Shown in pieces: positions 9,414 to 20,103 of a stretch of 64,000 nt of DNA. Made by a program: the position numbers and the translations under genes. Numbering within the stretch: the first letter of the stretch is position 1; every line of letters begins with the position of its first letter. Source of the DNA: Nitrospirae bacterium 13_2_20CM_2_62_8 (GTDB lineage Bacteria; Nitrospirota; Nitrospiria; Nitrospirales; Nitrospiraceae). The notes beneath the pieces were generated by a model that was not told the origin of the DNA, did not search any database, and saw only the letters and a program-made list of their open reading frames with translations. The stretch covers positions 1 to 64,000 of the forward strand of contig MNDM01000034.1 of the NCBI GenBank assembly GCA_001914955.1. The letters are read 5' to 3'.

Positions 9414-11597
9414 TCAGGTCCCCTGGACCACGATCTGAGAGAAATCCGCGAACGACAGAAAGAGCTGATCAATCGCGTAGAGCAGCGACAGCCGGTTCGC
9501 CCTGAGCGCCGGATCGTCGGCGTTGACCATGACCCCCTCGAAAAAACCATCGATGGCCGGCCGCATTCGAACCAGACCATCCAGGGCCTTGGCATAGTCA
9601 CCCTGCGCGATTAAGGCCGGAACGCGTTTCTTGAATTCTTCCAACACCCTGTAGAGGTGCTCTTCCGTAGGATGCTGAAAGAGAGAGGGATCAATGGAGT
9701 CACGCGACCATTTCTCCTTCTCAACCAAGCGATGCGCCCGCTTGAATCCGACCATCAGGGGATCAAACTCCGGCAGTACTGCGATCGCTTGCAACGCCTT
9801 CATCCTGTTGAGGAGATCGACCATGTCGAACACCCCACTGCCACGAAATTTGATCACCCCCTGAATGACATCGTCCCGTAGCCCGTGGACCGTCCGACCA
9901 TAATACCGCAGCCGTTCGACGATGAAATCGAGAAGATCGGCAGCATGTTGGCCTACTGCGGTGAAGCCGTCCTGTATGACGAGCATTTTGGCTTGAGCGA
10001 GCACCCCGGCCAAATTCAGGCACAGCTTGCTCTCCACGATGATCCGAACGAGCGCGGTGGCATGGCGCCTCAATGCGAACGGATCCTCGGACCCGGTTGG
10101 CACAACCCCGACATGGAAAAACGCGGCGATCGTGTCCAGCCGATCTGCCAGGGAGAGGATTTTTCCCGGGAGCGTCTGAGGCAAGTCGCCATCCATGGAC
10201 CGCGGCAAGTACTGTTCGGCGATCGCACGGCTCACCTCTTCCGATGCCCCGTCGTGCCTGGCATATTCGCCGCCGATGATTCCTTGCAGTGTCGGAAATT
10301 CACCCACCATTCCGGTCAGGAGGTCGGCCTTGCTCAATTGTGCAGCACGACGGCACGTGTCGCGCAGCTCCTGGTCCCCTAGCATGTCTGCGAGCTTGAC
10401 GACCAGTTCCGTGAGGCGCCCGATCTTCTGATGTAATGTGCCCAGTTTGTGGTGAAATGTCACGCCCTTGAGTTTCTCAACCCGGTCCGCCAGTTTGGTC
10501 TTCCGATCTTCTTCGAAAAAGAATTTGGCATCAGCCAAGCGGGCCGCCAACACGCGCTCGTTCCCTTCGCGGATCAACCGCATATTCGACAGCTTCATGT
10601 TGGTGACCGCGATGAACTTCGGGAGCAACGCCCCGTCCGGACCCATCAGTGAAAAATACCCCTGGTGCTCTTTCATCGCCGTCATCAGCACCTCTTTCGG
10701 CAGCGAGAGGTAGTGCGGCTCGAATTCGCCCAGGATCGCGTGCGGGTATTCGACACTGTAGATGGCCTGCTCCAGGAGATCTTCATCGCGATGCAGATGC
10801 CCACGCGCGGCCTTGGTCAGGTCCGTGAGCTGGGCCAGAATCATCACACGGCGTGTGCTCTGATCAGGAATGACGCCGTGACGCTCCAACGTCTTCATGT
10901 ACATTCTGAGGTCTTTCACCGGCAATCCTTGCGAGTGGGCGGACTCGGGAGACCCGAGAAAGCGGTGCCCAAACGTCCGATTGCTTGCCCTGATCCCGCC
11001 GAGCTGGATGCCGACCACTCTCCCGCCGTACAGCGTCAGCAGCCACCGGATCGGGCGCGCGAACCGCATGCCGGTTTCGTTCCAGCGCATCGATTTGGGA
11101 AACGACAGTCCGCCGATCAAGTCAGGCAGGATTTCGCCCAGGACTGCGACGGCCGAGCCGCCCGTCTCCCGCCTCACCGCGAACACGTACTCTCCTTTGG
11201 GAGTCCGCCGAATTTCCAGGCCGCCGACCGTGACGCCCTGCGACCCCGCAAAGCCGATCGCCGCTCTCGTCGGCTGCCCGGCTGCGTCGTAGGCCGCGGC
11301 CTTGGAGGGCCCCATCACCTCCTTGACGGTCGCGGCCTGCCGGCCTGACACAGACTCGACCGCCAAGACCATGCGTCGCGGGCTGCCGAATGTACGCACC
11401 GCTCCATGGGGCAGCCGGTGCTCCTTCAGCAGGCGCTCCGCAGAATCCCCCAGCGCCCGCAGTGCCGGCGGGAGGAACTGAGACGGCAATTCCTCGGTTC
11501 CGATCTCCAGCAGCAACTCCGCCTGTCCCGTCTTGGTCCCGGGACGTTTCCCGGCGGAGTGAGAATCCGGCCCGCTCGCGATGGGAGATTTGATCAT
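9414..11597 (-). CDS. glyS: Glycine--tRNA ligase beta subunit
   Basis: [12 protein letters not shown] is the canonical GlyS N-terminus. The start ATG at 11597 overlaps the glyQ stop (ATGA), which argues against the longest-ORF start at 11687. Confidence 0.85.
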   Translation of the reverse strand: MIKSPIASGPDSHSAGKRPGTKTGQAELLLEIGTEELPSQFLPPALRALGDSAERLLKEHRLPHGAVRTFGSPRRMVLAVESVSGRQAATVKEVMGPSKAAAYDAAGQPTRAAIGFAGSQGVTVGGLEIRRTPKGEYVFAVRRETGGSAVAVLGEILPDLIGGLSFPKSMRWNETGMRFARPIRWLLTLYGGRVVGIQLGGIRASNRTFGHRFLGSPESAHSQGLPVKDLRMYMKTLERHGVIPDQSTRRVMILAQLTDLTKAARGHLHRDEDLLEQAIYSVEYPHAILGEFEPHYLSLPKEVLMTAMKEHQGYFSLMGPDGALLPKFIAVTNMKLSNMRLIREGNERVLAARLADAKFFFEEDRKTKLADRVEKLKGVTFHHKLGTLHQKIGRLTELVVKLADMLGDQELRDTCRRAAQLSKADLLTGMVGEFPTLQGIIGGEYARHDGASEEVSRAIAEQYLPRSMDGDLPQTLPGKILSLADRLDTIAAFFHVGVVPTGSEDPFALRRHATALVRIIVESKLCLNLAGVLAQAKMLVIQDGFTAVGQHAADLLDFIVERLRYYGRTVHGLRDDVIQGVIKFRGSGVFDMVDLLNRMKALQAIAVLPEFDPLMVGFKRAHRLVEKEKWSRDSIDPSLFQHPTEEHLYRVLEEFKKRVPALIAQGDYAKALDGLVRMRPAIDGFFEGVMVNADDPALRANRLSLLYAIDQLFLSFADFSQIVVQGT

Positions 11598-12496
11598 TGT
11601 ACTGCGACTCCGGCTCCCGGCGGGGCCTTCTGGTGCAGCAACGGATAGCCCAAGGCTTCGCGCTCCCTCATGTAGCCCTCGGCGCACTGACGGGCCAACC
11701 CGCGGACGCGGGCGATGTAACCCGTCCGTTCCGCCACGCTGATCGCGCCGCGCGCATCCAGAAGATTGAACAGGTGGGACGCCTTGATGCAGTAATCATA
11801 CGCCGGCAGCGTCAAGCCTTTCGCGAGCAGGCGCTTGGCCTCCGACTCGAATGCCTGGAAGGTGCCGGTCAGCAACGCCACGTCCGCTTCCTCGAAATTG
11901 TACTTGGAAAACTGAACTTCCGTCTGTCGGTGGATCTCTCCGTACGAGATGGTCTCGGTCCAGACCAGATCGTACACGTTGTCCACCTGCTGGAGATACA
12001 TGGCGATGCGCTCCGTGCCGTACGTGATCTCGACCGTGATCGGATGAAGCTCGATTCCCCCGACCTCCTGAAAATAGGTAAACTGCGTGATCTCCATCCC
12101 ATCCAGCCGCACCTCCCATCCCAGTCCCCAGGCTCCCAAGGTCGGAGACTCCCAATCATCCTGGACGAACCGGATGTCGTGTTGTCGAGGGTTGATGCCG
12201 AGATGCGCCAAGCTCTTCAGGTAGAGAGACTGAATCTCGTCGGGAGACGGTTTAAGGACAACTTGGTACTGGTAGTAGTGCTGCATCCGGTTCGGATTGT
12301 CCCCGTACCGGCCGTCAGTCGGGCGCCGGCAGGGCTGCGGATAGGCCGCCTTCCAGGGCTCCGGACCCAGCGCCCGCAAAAACGTGGCCGGGTGGAAGGT
12401 TCCGGCTCCCATTTCCAGATCGTAGGGTTGATGAATGACGCAGCCCTGGTCAGCCCAATAGCGGTGGAGGGAGAGGATCAACTCCTGGAGGGTCAC
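11594..12496 (-). CDS. glyQ: Glycine--tRNA ligase alpha subunit
   Basis: [18 protein letters not shown]...[10 protein letters not shown] is the GlyQ signature. The likely start is GTG at 12496, preceded by AAGGA; the longest ORF would start at 12577. Confidence 0.85.
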   Translation of the reverse strand: MTLQELILSLHRYWADQGCVIHQPYDLEMGAGTFHPATFLRALGPEPWKAAYPQPCRRPTDGRYGDNPNRMQHYYQYQVVLKPSPDEIQSLYLKSLAHLGINPRQHDIRFVQDDWESPTLGAWGLGWEVRLDGMEITQFTYFQEVGGIELHPITVEITYGTERIAMYLQQVDNVYDLVWTETISYGEIHRQTEVQFSKYNFEEADVALLTGTFQAFESEAKRLLAKGLTLPAYDYCIKASHLFNLLDARGAISVAERTGYIARVRGLARQCAEGYMREREALGYPLLHQKAPPGAGVAVQ

Positions 12497-12789
12497 AGCT
12501 CGTCCTTGCCGTCGTTGCCGAGTTCGGACCGGGGTCAGGGTTTGACAATCGAAGAGGAAGCCCCGGGTCCAGAGCACCGCGGAAGCCGCGTCAAACTAAC
12601 AAGAAACCGGTGCGCTGTCAAGGAACGATCGCCCCCGTCATCGCGGGGTTGTTGTACCCATGAAACAAAAAAACACGCGCCCGAACCGATGTGGATACCC
12701 TGAGATGGCTATCCAGAGACTTGACGTGATCACCCAACTGGAGTATTGTGTGTAAACTTTACTGACTCACTAGAGAATCCAACACGACC

Positions 12790-13233
12790 ATGAAATTTTC
12801 CAAGAAAAGTGAATACGCGCTCCGTGCCCTCATCGAGCTGACCGCCCAATACGGACAGCCCCACCTCCAACGTCATGAAATCGCCAAGCGGCAACAGATC
12901 CCGATCGAGTTTCTCGAGCAGATCCTGCTGACGCTCAAGAACGCGGGTCTCCTGGGCAGCCGACGCGGGGTCACCGGCGGTTACAGCCTCATCAAGCCGC
13001 CCCAGGACATCACTCTCGGCCAGGTGATCCGAATTCTGGACGGCCCCCTCGCGCCGATCGGCTGCGTCAGCAAGACCGCCTATCAGAAATGCAGCGACTG
13101 TCCCTATACGGAGAAGAAGAGCTGTCCGATCCAGAACGCGATGCTCGGCGTGCGCAACGCCATCGCGGACATCCTGGACAACTACAAGCTCAGCGACTTC
13201 GCGTCGGGTCACTGCAAACGACCCCATTCCTGA
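12790..13233 (+). CDS. Rrf2-family transcriptional regulator (IscR/NsrR-like, with a 3-Cys cluster)
   Basis: N-terminal wHTH (SEYALRALIELTA...HEIAKRQQIPIEFLEQILLTLKNAGLL) and a Cys cluster CVSKTAYQKCSDCPY. Confidence 0.8.
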   Translation: MKFSKKSEYALRALIELTAQYGQPHLQRHEIAKRQQIPIEFLEQILLTLKNAGLLGSRRGVTGGYSLIKPPQDITLGQVIRILDGPLAPIGCVSKTAYQKCSDCPYTEKKSCPIQNAMLGVRNAIADILDNYKLSDFASGHCKRPHS

Positions 13234-13329
13234 GCGGAGCTCGTTCCCCAGCATGTTGGCAAAGAGGCCATCGCACGAAGGCAGTCGACACCGAACTGAA
13301 CCACATCTTCACGCGTACGCGCTCAACCG

Positions 13330-14211
13330 ATGAACACGGACCACATCATTCTCATCCTGATCACGTTCTTGGCCGCGACGGTCAATGGGGCGTTGGGCTA
13401 CGGGTTTTCCTCCATCACCGTTCCGGTTGCGCTGCTATTTTACACGAACAGAATCCTGAACCCGGCGTTGGTCATGGTGGAAGTGGTCATTAATGGGTAC
13501 GTCTTGCTGATGAACCGAAAGAGTGTGCCGCACACATGGAGAAGAGTGGTGCCCATCTTGCTCGGCGTGCTGCCGGGGGTCATGATCGGCAGCTACGTTC
13601 TTTTCATGGTTCAACCTGGGTGGGTCAAGTTCTTCACGTATTTTGTCCTGCTTCCCCTCATCCTCCTCCAAGCGGCCGGCGTACGAAGGCCGATTCGTTC
13701 AGAGAAAGCGGTCGGGGTACCATTTGGAATGGGAATTGGAACGCTCTATTCCGTGACCACCATCTCCGGTCCTCCTCTGGCTCTCCTCTTTAATAATCAA
13801 GGTTATGCCAAACAGGAGTTTCGGGCGGCGTTGAGCCTGATTCGAGTGGCTGAATCCACCATGACGGCTGTCGCCTACTATTTCTTAGGCCTGTATAGCG
13901 TTGAGAGCACCCAGATCCTGCCCTACATCGTTCCCACTGTGCTGGTCGGAATTCCTCTGGGGACCTACCTCATCAGTCGGATGGACCCTGAAGTCTTCAG
14001 AAGGCTGTGCATGAGCTTTGATGCCTTGGTCGTGGGATTTGGAATGTCCAGGGTTCTCATCGAGCTCCGGCTTGCCCCCAGCCCCGCTGCCTATGGTGTC
14101 CTGGCGGCTGTCGTGGTGATTGATGCCTACCTGCTCTACCGCTTTTTCCAACGACGGTCTTCCCCCTCAAGGACGGGCGGGCAATCTGGCCTCAGGGTGC
14201 GACGCCTCTAG
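13330..14211 (+). CDS. TSUP/TauE-SafE family (DUF81) membrane exporter
   Basis: The protein is a multi-TM membrane protein with internal duplication and the TauE-like motifs LGYGFSSITVPVALLF and GMGIGTLY. Pairing with an Rrf2 regulator is a common arrangement for this family. Confidence 0.75.
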   Translation: MNTDHIILILITFLAATVNGALGYGFSSITVPVALLFYTNRILNPALVMVEVVINGYVLLMNRKSVPHTWRRVVPILLGVLPGVMIGSYVLFMVQPGWVKFFTYFVLLPLILLQAAGVRRPIRSEKAVGVPFGMGIGTLYSVTTISGPPLALLFNNQGYAKQEFRAALSLIRVAESTMTAVAYYFLGLYSVESTQILPYIVPTVLVGIPLGTYLISRMDPEVFRRLCMSFDALVVGFGMSRVLIELRLAPSPAAYGVLAAVVVIDAYLLYRFFQRRSSPSRTGGQSGLRVRRL

Positions 14212-14388
14212 GATCCACGGAGGCGACTACCACAATCTTCCTCTTCGTCGCACCTTCAGTTCTGCGTGATTCCGAGGACACCCTCCATGGACCAGATGGT
14301 CAATTGACTCACTCCGGCTGTTTTGTTAGGCTGCACGGGCGCGCACTGACCTATTCAACCACGCGACCACCGTCTAACAGGAGACACC

Positions 14389-16254
14389 ATGCCTGCCCCA
14401 ACCATGGCCACCACCTCACTCGTGGTCACCCTGCAGAACAAGGCGACGATCCTCCGGATCGAGAGCGTCCGCGCAACCACCGAGGCCGGGAGCGGACACC
14501 CGTCAAGCTGCTGTTCAGCCGCAGACATTGTCGCCGTGCTCTTCTTCGCCGTGATGCGGTACGACCCGAAGAATCCCAAGAATCCCAACAACGATCGCTT
14601 CATTCTGTCGAAAGGCCACGCGGCACCCTTGCTCTATGCGGCGTGGGCTGAGGCCGGGCTGTTCGACAAACAGGACCTGCTTAAGCTGCGCACGCTGGAA
14701 TCCGACCTGGAAGGCCACCCGACACCGCGGCTCTCGTTCGTGGACGTGGCCACCGGGTCGCTCGGTCAGGGTCTGGCGGCGGGAGTCGGGATGGCCCTGA
14801 ACGCACAACGGCTCGACCGATCAAGCTATCGCACCTACGTCCTCCTTGGCGACGGGGAATCCGTGGAGGGCTCGAACTGGGAGTCGGTGGAGCTGGCACG
14901 TCATTATGGCCTCGACAACCTCTGCGCGATCGTGGACATCAATCGCCTCGGACAAAGCGATCCGACGATGTTGCAGCACGACATGGAGGGATATCGCGCA
15001 CGCTGGGCGGGATTCGGCTGGCATGCCATCGTGGTGGACGGACACGACACGACTGCGCTGCTGGCGGCCTTTGACGAAGCCGCCCGCACGAAGGGCAGAC
15101 CCACCGTCCTGCTGGCGCGCACTCTCAAAGGGAAAGGGATCTCCTTCATCGAGGACCGTCCTGATTGGCACGGGAGGGCGCTCAAGAAGGGTGAAGAATC
15201 GCAAAAAGCGCTCGACGAGCTGACGCGTCAACTCAAGCCGGGAACGAGTGAGCCGGACATCCCTCGCCCGGAGCCGGCCGTGAACGGCGCCCGACCAGCC
15301 AAACCAATGGCCCCCCCAGCCTACAAGCCCACGGATTCTGTCGCGACACGCGAGGCGTTCGGCACTGCCCTCGTTGCCTTGGGCGACGCCAATCCTCTGG
15401 TGGTGGGGCTCGACGCCGACGTGAAGAACTCCACCTTTACCGACAAGTTTGGGAAGCAGTTCCCCCACCGGTTCTTCGAGCATTTCATCGCGGAGCAGAC
15501 TATGGTGGGGGCCGCCGTGGGCCTGGCTGCCTGCGGCAAGATTCCCTTTGCAGCCACATTCGCCTGCTTCCTGACCCGTGCGTACGACTTCATCCGCATG
15601 GCCGCCATCAGCCACGCGAACATCAAGCTGATGGGGTCACACGTCGGCGTGAGCATCGGGGAGGACGGCCCTTCGCAGATGGGCCTCGAGGACTTGGCGA
15701 TGATGGCGGCCCAACCCGGCATGGTGGTCCTGTATCCGTCGGACGCGGTCTGCACGCATCGGTTGGTGGAAGCCGCCGCCGCGCACCGCGGTCCAGTTTA
15801 CATCCGGACCGGTCGGCCTAAGTCACCCATCTTGTACGGGAATGAAGAGAAGTTTCCAATCGGCGGCTGCAAAGTGCTGCGGCAAAGCCCCTCCGATCAG
15901 TTGACGATCGTGGCGGCTGGCGTGACGGTGTTTGAAGCGTTGAAAGCGCATGACCAACTGAAAGCAGCCGGCATCCCGGTGCGGGTCCTTGATCTGTACA
16001 GTATCGTCCCCATCGACCGCCCGACCCTCCTGCTGTGCGCCAACGCGACCAAGAGCCGCATTCTGACCGTGGAGGATCATTACGCGCACGGGGGGCTGGG
16101 AGACGCCGTCCTGAGCGCGGTCGGAAGCGAGGGCATCCGCGTGCACAAGATGGCGATCCGGGAGATCCCGCACAGCGGAAAGCCGGACGAACTGGTGAAT
16201 CGCTTTGGGATCAGCGCGCGCGCAATCGTCGAAACCGTCAAGCGGATTCTGTGA
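14389..16254 (+). CDS. tkt: Transketolase
   Basis: The TPP-binding signature GSGHPSSCCSAADIVAVLFF...SKGHAAPLLYA is followed by the pyrimidine-binding and C-terminal domains. Confidence 0.85.
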   Translation: MPAPTMATTSLVVTLQNKATILRIESVRATTEAGSGHPSSCCSAADIVAVLFFAVMRYDPKNPKNPNNDRFILSKGHAAPLLYAAWAEAGLFDKQDLLKLRTLESDLEGHPTPRLSFVDVATGSLGQGLAAGVGMALNAQRLDRSSYRTYVLLGDGESVEGSNWESVELARHYGLDNLCAIVDINRLGQSDPTMLQHDMEGYRARWAGFGWHAIVVDGHDTTALLAAFDEAARTKGRPTVLLARTLKGKGISFIEDRPDWHGRALKKGEESQKALDELTRQLKPGTSEPDIPRPEPAVNGARPAKPMAPPAYKPTDSVATREAFGTALVALGDANPLVVGLDADVKNSTFTDKFGKQFPHRFFEHFIAEQTMVGAAVGLAACGKIPFAATFACFLTRAYDFIRMAAISHANIKLMGSHVGVSIGEDGPSQMGLEDLAMMAAQPGMVVLYPSDAVCTHRLVEAAAAHRGPVYIRTGRPKSPILYGNEEKFPIGGCKVLRQSPSDQLTIVAAGVTVFEALKAHDQLKAAGIPVRVLDLYSIVPIDRPTLLLCANATKSRILTVEDHYAHGGLGDAVLSAVGSEGIRVHKMAIREIPHSGKPDELVNRFGISARAIVETVKRIL

Positions 16255-16266
16255 CCGGAAGCCTCG

Positions 16267-16989
16267 ATGAGGAATCCAGACCCGCTGCAAAAGATTCCGA
16301 TTTTTACCCTCCTCTCTGAACGGGATCGCCGCAAGATCGCCAGCGAGGTCACCGAAGCGCACTACGGAAAAGGCGAGTACATTTTCCGCGAGGGCGACAC
16401 GGCCGATTACTTCCACATCGTGAAGGAAGGGACGGTCAAGTGCGTGAAGTCTTCCTCCGATGGGAAAGAATGTACGCTCAAAGTCCTCTTGCCGGGCGAC
16501 CTGTTCTGCTGCGAAGCCGCGGTCTTCGACGGAGCGCCTCATCCCGGCAGCGCCCAACCGATGGGCGACGTGAGCATCCTTCGCCTTAGAAAGAAGTCTT
16601 ACTTCGAGGTGCTTCGCCGGAATCCCGATGCCGCGCTTGAGGTAATTAAATATCTGGGGCAACGCCTGAACGAAGCGCAGGAAAACGCCAAAGTCCTTGC
16701 GCTGGACCGGGCCGAACAACGCCTGGCTTCGTTGCTCGTCAACCTGGCCTCTCGCGCCGGAGTCCGCGAGGCGGGCGGCATCTGTCTCACGGTCCATCTG
16801 ACGCGTCAGGACCTGGGGGACATGGCCGGCATCACGGTCGAGACCACGATCAGAATCATGGGCCGGTTCAAACGGGCGCGAGTGGTCTCCGGCACGGCGA
16901 AGCGCATCGTCATCCTGGATCTTGCTCGGCTCAAGCACCTCGTTTCCACCGCATCCAGTTCCCACAGCAAGCGGTCCCCCGCTGCTTAA
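16267..16989 (+). CDS. Crp/Fnr-family transcriptional regulator (NnrR/Dnr-like; lacks the N-terminal Fe-S Cys cluster)
   Basis: cNMP-binding-like domain (YFHIVKEGTVKCVK...) plus a C-terminal HTH (LTRQDLGDMAGITVETTIRIMGRFK). The gene sits immediately upstream of nirK. Confidence 0.8.
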   Translation: MRNPDPLQKIPIFTLLSERDRRKIASEVTEAHYGKGEYIFREGDTADYFHIVKEGTVKCVKSSSDGKECTLKVLLPGDLFCCEAAVFDGAPHPGSAQPMGDVSILRLRKKSYFEVLRRNPDAALEVIKYLGQRLNEAQENAKVLALDRAEQRLASLLVNLASRAGVREAGGICLTVHLTRQDLGDMAGITVETTIRIMGRFKRARVVSGTAKRIVILDLARLKHLVSTASSSHSKRSPAA

Positions 16990-17004
16990 ATTTATTTCCA
17001 AACT

Positions 17005-17018
17005 ATGATCTAGGTCAT
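17005..17018. promoter_or_regulatory. FNR/CRP-type palindromic box (TGA-N6-TCA core) upstream of nirK
   Basis: ATGATCTAGGTCAT is a near-perfect 14-bp palindrome centred ~100 nt upstream of the nirK ATG, and a Crp/Fnr regulator gene is adjacent. Confidence 0.45.
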
Positions 17019-17110
17019 GTTTTGGAATCGCCGGCCGGCCTATCCTCCAGCAGCAGAACGCACTCGACCCTTTACGATTGCTGACAAGATTACTGACAAG
17101 GAGGTAAGAA

Positions 17111-18112
17111 ATGCTGTCCACGTACAGACAGCCGCGGAGCCGGCTCTCATTGGCAACCGCACTGACCATCGGAATTGTCTGCGGCGGAATGACCGTCGGG
17201 GCCGCACCAGCCTCAGCAAAGACACATGAGGTCGAGATGACGGCGGTCGAGAAAGAGGTGGTCGTCGATGGAGGGGGCATGCGGTACAAGGCCTGGACCT
17301 TCAACGGCCAGTTCCCCGCGCCGGTGGTGCGGGTCACGGAGGGCGACCCCGTCAAGCTTACTCTCCGCAATCCCTCGACGAACACCTATCCCCACGCCAT
17401 GGATTTCCACGCCGCCGAGATCGACTTCCTGAAGAATTATCGGGCGATCAATGCCGCCGATGAAACCATCGGTTATACCTTCGTGGCCAAGAAGCCCGGC
17501 GTCTTTTTCTATCACTGTGGCGCACCGCCGATGATCCAGCATGTAGCTCGCGGGATGTTTGGCGCCATCATCGTGGACCCGAAGAATACGAAGTCCTGGC
17601 CAAAAGCAGACCGGGAATACGTCCTGATCCAGTCGGAGCTGTTCGAGAATCCCGACGATGTACAGGCCATGTTCGACCGCAAGTTCGCACACATCATCTT
17701 TAATGGGGGAATCTTCAAGTATCACCCCTACGTGACCGGCGGCCACGCTCTTGAGGCGAAGCCTGGCGAGCGTGTGCGGATTTATTTCGTCAATGCAGGT
17801 CCGAACGAATTCTCTGCGTTTCATCCGATCGGTGAAATCTGGGACAACGTGTATGAAAGCGGCAATCCCGCCAACAAGCTCAGCGGCGTCCAGACCTACG
17901 TCGTAGGGCCGGGCAGCGCCGCTACCTTTGATGTGGTCGTCGAATCTGCCGGCGCCTACCCCTTGGTTACGCATTCACTGACCGGCGCGCTCCGTGGCGC
18001 GATCGCCGTGCTGGTGGTATCCCCTGACGCCAAGCCCGCTCCGCTCATGCCCCACACGCCTTGGAAGGTCGAGGTGCCTCAGACGGGAATCACGCCGCTG
18101 CCCGCGCCATAG
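17111..18112 (+). CDS. nirK: Copper-containing nitrite reductase (NO-forming), with a signal/TM N-terminus
   Basis: It has two cupredoxin domains with the Cu-ligand motifs HAMDFHAAE and FFYHCGAPPMIQHVARGMFGAIIV. The RBS is a strong AGGAGG. Confidence 0.85.
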   Translation: MLSTYRQPRSRLSLATALTIGIVCGGMTVGAAPASAKTHEVEMTAVEKEVVVDGGGMRYKAWTFNGQFPAPVVRVTEGDPVKLTLRNPSTNTYPHAMDFHAAEIDFLKNYRAINAADETIGYTFVAKKPGVFFYHCGAPPMIQHVARGMFGAIIVDPKNTKSWPKADREYVLIQSELFENPDDVQAMFDRKFAHIIFNGGIFKYHPYVTGGHALEAKPGERVRIYFVNAGPNEFSAFHPIGEIWDNVYESGNPANKLSGVQTYVVGPGSAATFDVVVESAGAYPLVTHSLTGALRGAIAVLVVSPDAKPAPLMPHTPWKVEVPQTGITPLPAP

Positions 18113-18232
18113 CTCATAGTTCGAAAAAAGGACCCCTCTTCCCTTACGCAGGGGCCCATGCCGCACCAACTAATCAGCCAGGCTGCTCACTGCTTGCTGA
18201 GTGGAAAGGTGATTACAAGTCCTCCCATGACG

Positions 18233-18559
18233 TCACCGATTTTGAAATCCGACTTCGGGCTTTTGCGATGCGAGTTGTGGCATTCGATGCACGTCATGGA
18301 AAGACGCTTTGAACCGTGCCGAATGATCTCTATCGCGGCTTTCTATACACCCTGCAATATACTCTCGCATTTTAGGCGCTGAGAGTCCTCTACCATCTAG
18401 TCGCTTTTCAATCATCCAGCAGCGAAGACGTTCCAAAATACTTTCACATATTTCCTCATCGGACCTACCTTCTTTCACACCTTGCAGGCACAACTTGCGA
18501 GCTTGTTTCTTCAGACTATTGACGCTTTTTCTGTTAGGAGGAGTTCTTCCCAGGTCCAT
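18233..18559 (-). CDS. Hypothetical protein (low confidence; no SD sequence)
   Basis: It is a 108-aa ORF in the AT-rich island. Its N-terminal 80 aa look protein-like, but nothing else supports the call. Confidence 0.25.
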   Translation of the reverse strand: MDLGRTPPNRKSVNSLKKQARKLCLQGVKEGRSDEEICESILERLRCWMIEKRLDGRGLSAPKMREYIAGCIESRDRDHSARFKASFHDVHRMPQLASQKPEVGFQNR

Positions 18560-18628
18560 ATGTTATTTTATGGCGTTAGGGGAGTTGATGGCGACGGCGG
18601 ATAGGGCCAATCTAAGGAGGGGGATACC

Positions 18629-18817
18629 ATGATAGTCGAGGACAGGATCGCGGCCTTTTTGCGGACGAACTCAAAGCAACCTTATTGTGACGACTGCCTA
18701 GGACGACTCTTGAAGCTAGGAACGGCTGGTAACACATATGGCGAGGAACGCGACGGCGGCACTTGGAGCTTCAGGGACGTTTACTCGTCAGTGTGGAACC
18801 TGTTCGATATGCGCTAA
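18629..18817 (+). CDS. Small hypothetical protein (62 aa) with a CDDC motif
   Basis: A strong RBS (TAAGGAGGGGG) sits 6 nt upstream of the ATG. It lies in the AT-rich island. Confidence 0.35.
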   Translation: MIVEDRIAAFLRTNSKQPYCDDCLGRLLKLGTAGNTYGEERDGGTWSFRDVYSSVWNLFDMR

Positions 18818-19056
18818 TACCAAGATGGTTTCTCATTCGAATTAGGACAACGCCGGAAGTCGTGAGCTATTGACACTCGCAGCATTGATGGCTTAAAAAC
18901 ATGACCCACCAAGAGCTTGTGCATATCACCGAAATACTCTTAGGTGTTTCGAGATGGAACTAGTATGAGGTTAAGATTCCGTAAGTCGTTCGGCTTTGGT
19001 CTATTCCGTCTCGCCGTCAAATAAGCACCTTCTGGAGATGAGAGCAGGAGAAGATC

Positions 19057-19760
19057 ATGGCTAAACCCAAAGTGGTATCGCAAAAAGAATGGCTTGCCGC
19101 CCGCAAAGCCCTACTGGTGAAAGAGAAAAGAAGTTCACCCGATTGCGCGATCAGTTGAGTCAAGAGCGGCGGCAGCTTCCTAGGGTGAAGGTGGACAAAG
19201 AATACGTGTTCGATGGGCCGAAGGGTAAAGAGGCCTTATCGGAACTATTTGACGGCAGAAGCCAGCTCATCGTCTATCACTTCATGTTTGACCCCAGATG
19301 GGAGGCTGGATGCCCGCACTGCTCTCATGTGGCCGACCGTTTCAATAGAATCATCCGGCACCTGAACCAACGGGATGTGACTATGGTCGCTGTGTCTCAG
19401 GCGCCGTTCGGCAAGTTGGCTGCATATAAGCAGCGGATGGGCTGGAATTTCAAGTGGGTGTCATCGTCCGAGACAGACTTCAATTTGGATTATCACGTGT
19501 CGTTCACGCCAGAAGAGTTGGCCAAGAAAAAAGCGCTCTACAACTTCACTTTGCAAAATCCGGACAGCCCGCAGCGGGAGGGAGTCAGCGTGTTTTACAA
19601 AGACCCCACCGGAAGAGTGTTTCACACCTATTCAACGTATGCGCGTGGCATCGATATGTTCATGGTGGACTACCACTACCTCGACCTGGTGCCCAAGGGC
19701 CGAGATGAAGGAAAGCGTGGACCCTTCTGGGTGCGCCGCCATGATGAATACGGCCGATAA
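19057..19760 (+). CDS. DUF899 thioredoxin-like family protein, disrupted as sequenced by a 1-nt frameshift in an A-run near 19123-19133 (pseudogene or sequencing error)
   Basis: The frame from 19057 gives MAKPKVVSQKEWLAARKALLVKEK (conserved DUF899 N-terminus, AGGAGA RBS) and then stops. The ORF-track frame from 19089 continues with FTRLRDQLSQERRQLPRVKV...YHFMFDP...GCPHCS, which is the rest of the DUF899 consensus. Confidence 0.6.
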
Positions 19761-20103
19761 TCTAATTTGCTCATTTCATCCGTACTCAAGGGGAGAGCGC
19801 TACCAATCAGACTGATTAAAGTTAGGGTGTTGTTCAGGGAAACTCGAATCGCAAGGTTCGCAAAGGAACAGCCTGGGAAGCCAGCATCTTTAAAGTTGGT
19901 AATTAAACCTCTCCCCCCTCTCGCTCAAAAGCCTTTTCAAGGATCGGCTCAAAGTGATAAGTAATAACGTCACATTCCGGACGTTCTGATCAAGTTTTAA
20001 AAAGCAATAGTTCAAAAACTATTCGGCATTATTGGTTTGAGAGCGTCTAGCGGAGCCAATGAGCGGATCAAGCCAGAAACAGACCAGAAATGGAGGACGC
20101 ATC

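Noticed and set aside
12578-12789. Possible structured leader upstream of glyQ (gtttgac...gtcaaac inverted repeat)
   Set aside because: This is a single 7-bp inverted repeat with a 40-nt loop. It is not enough to call a T-box or attenuator without covariance-model support.
18113-18170. Possible terminator after nirK
   Set aside because: The putative stem (ggacccct / aggggccc) is imperfect and there is no U-tract.
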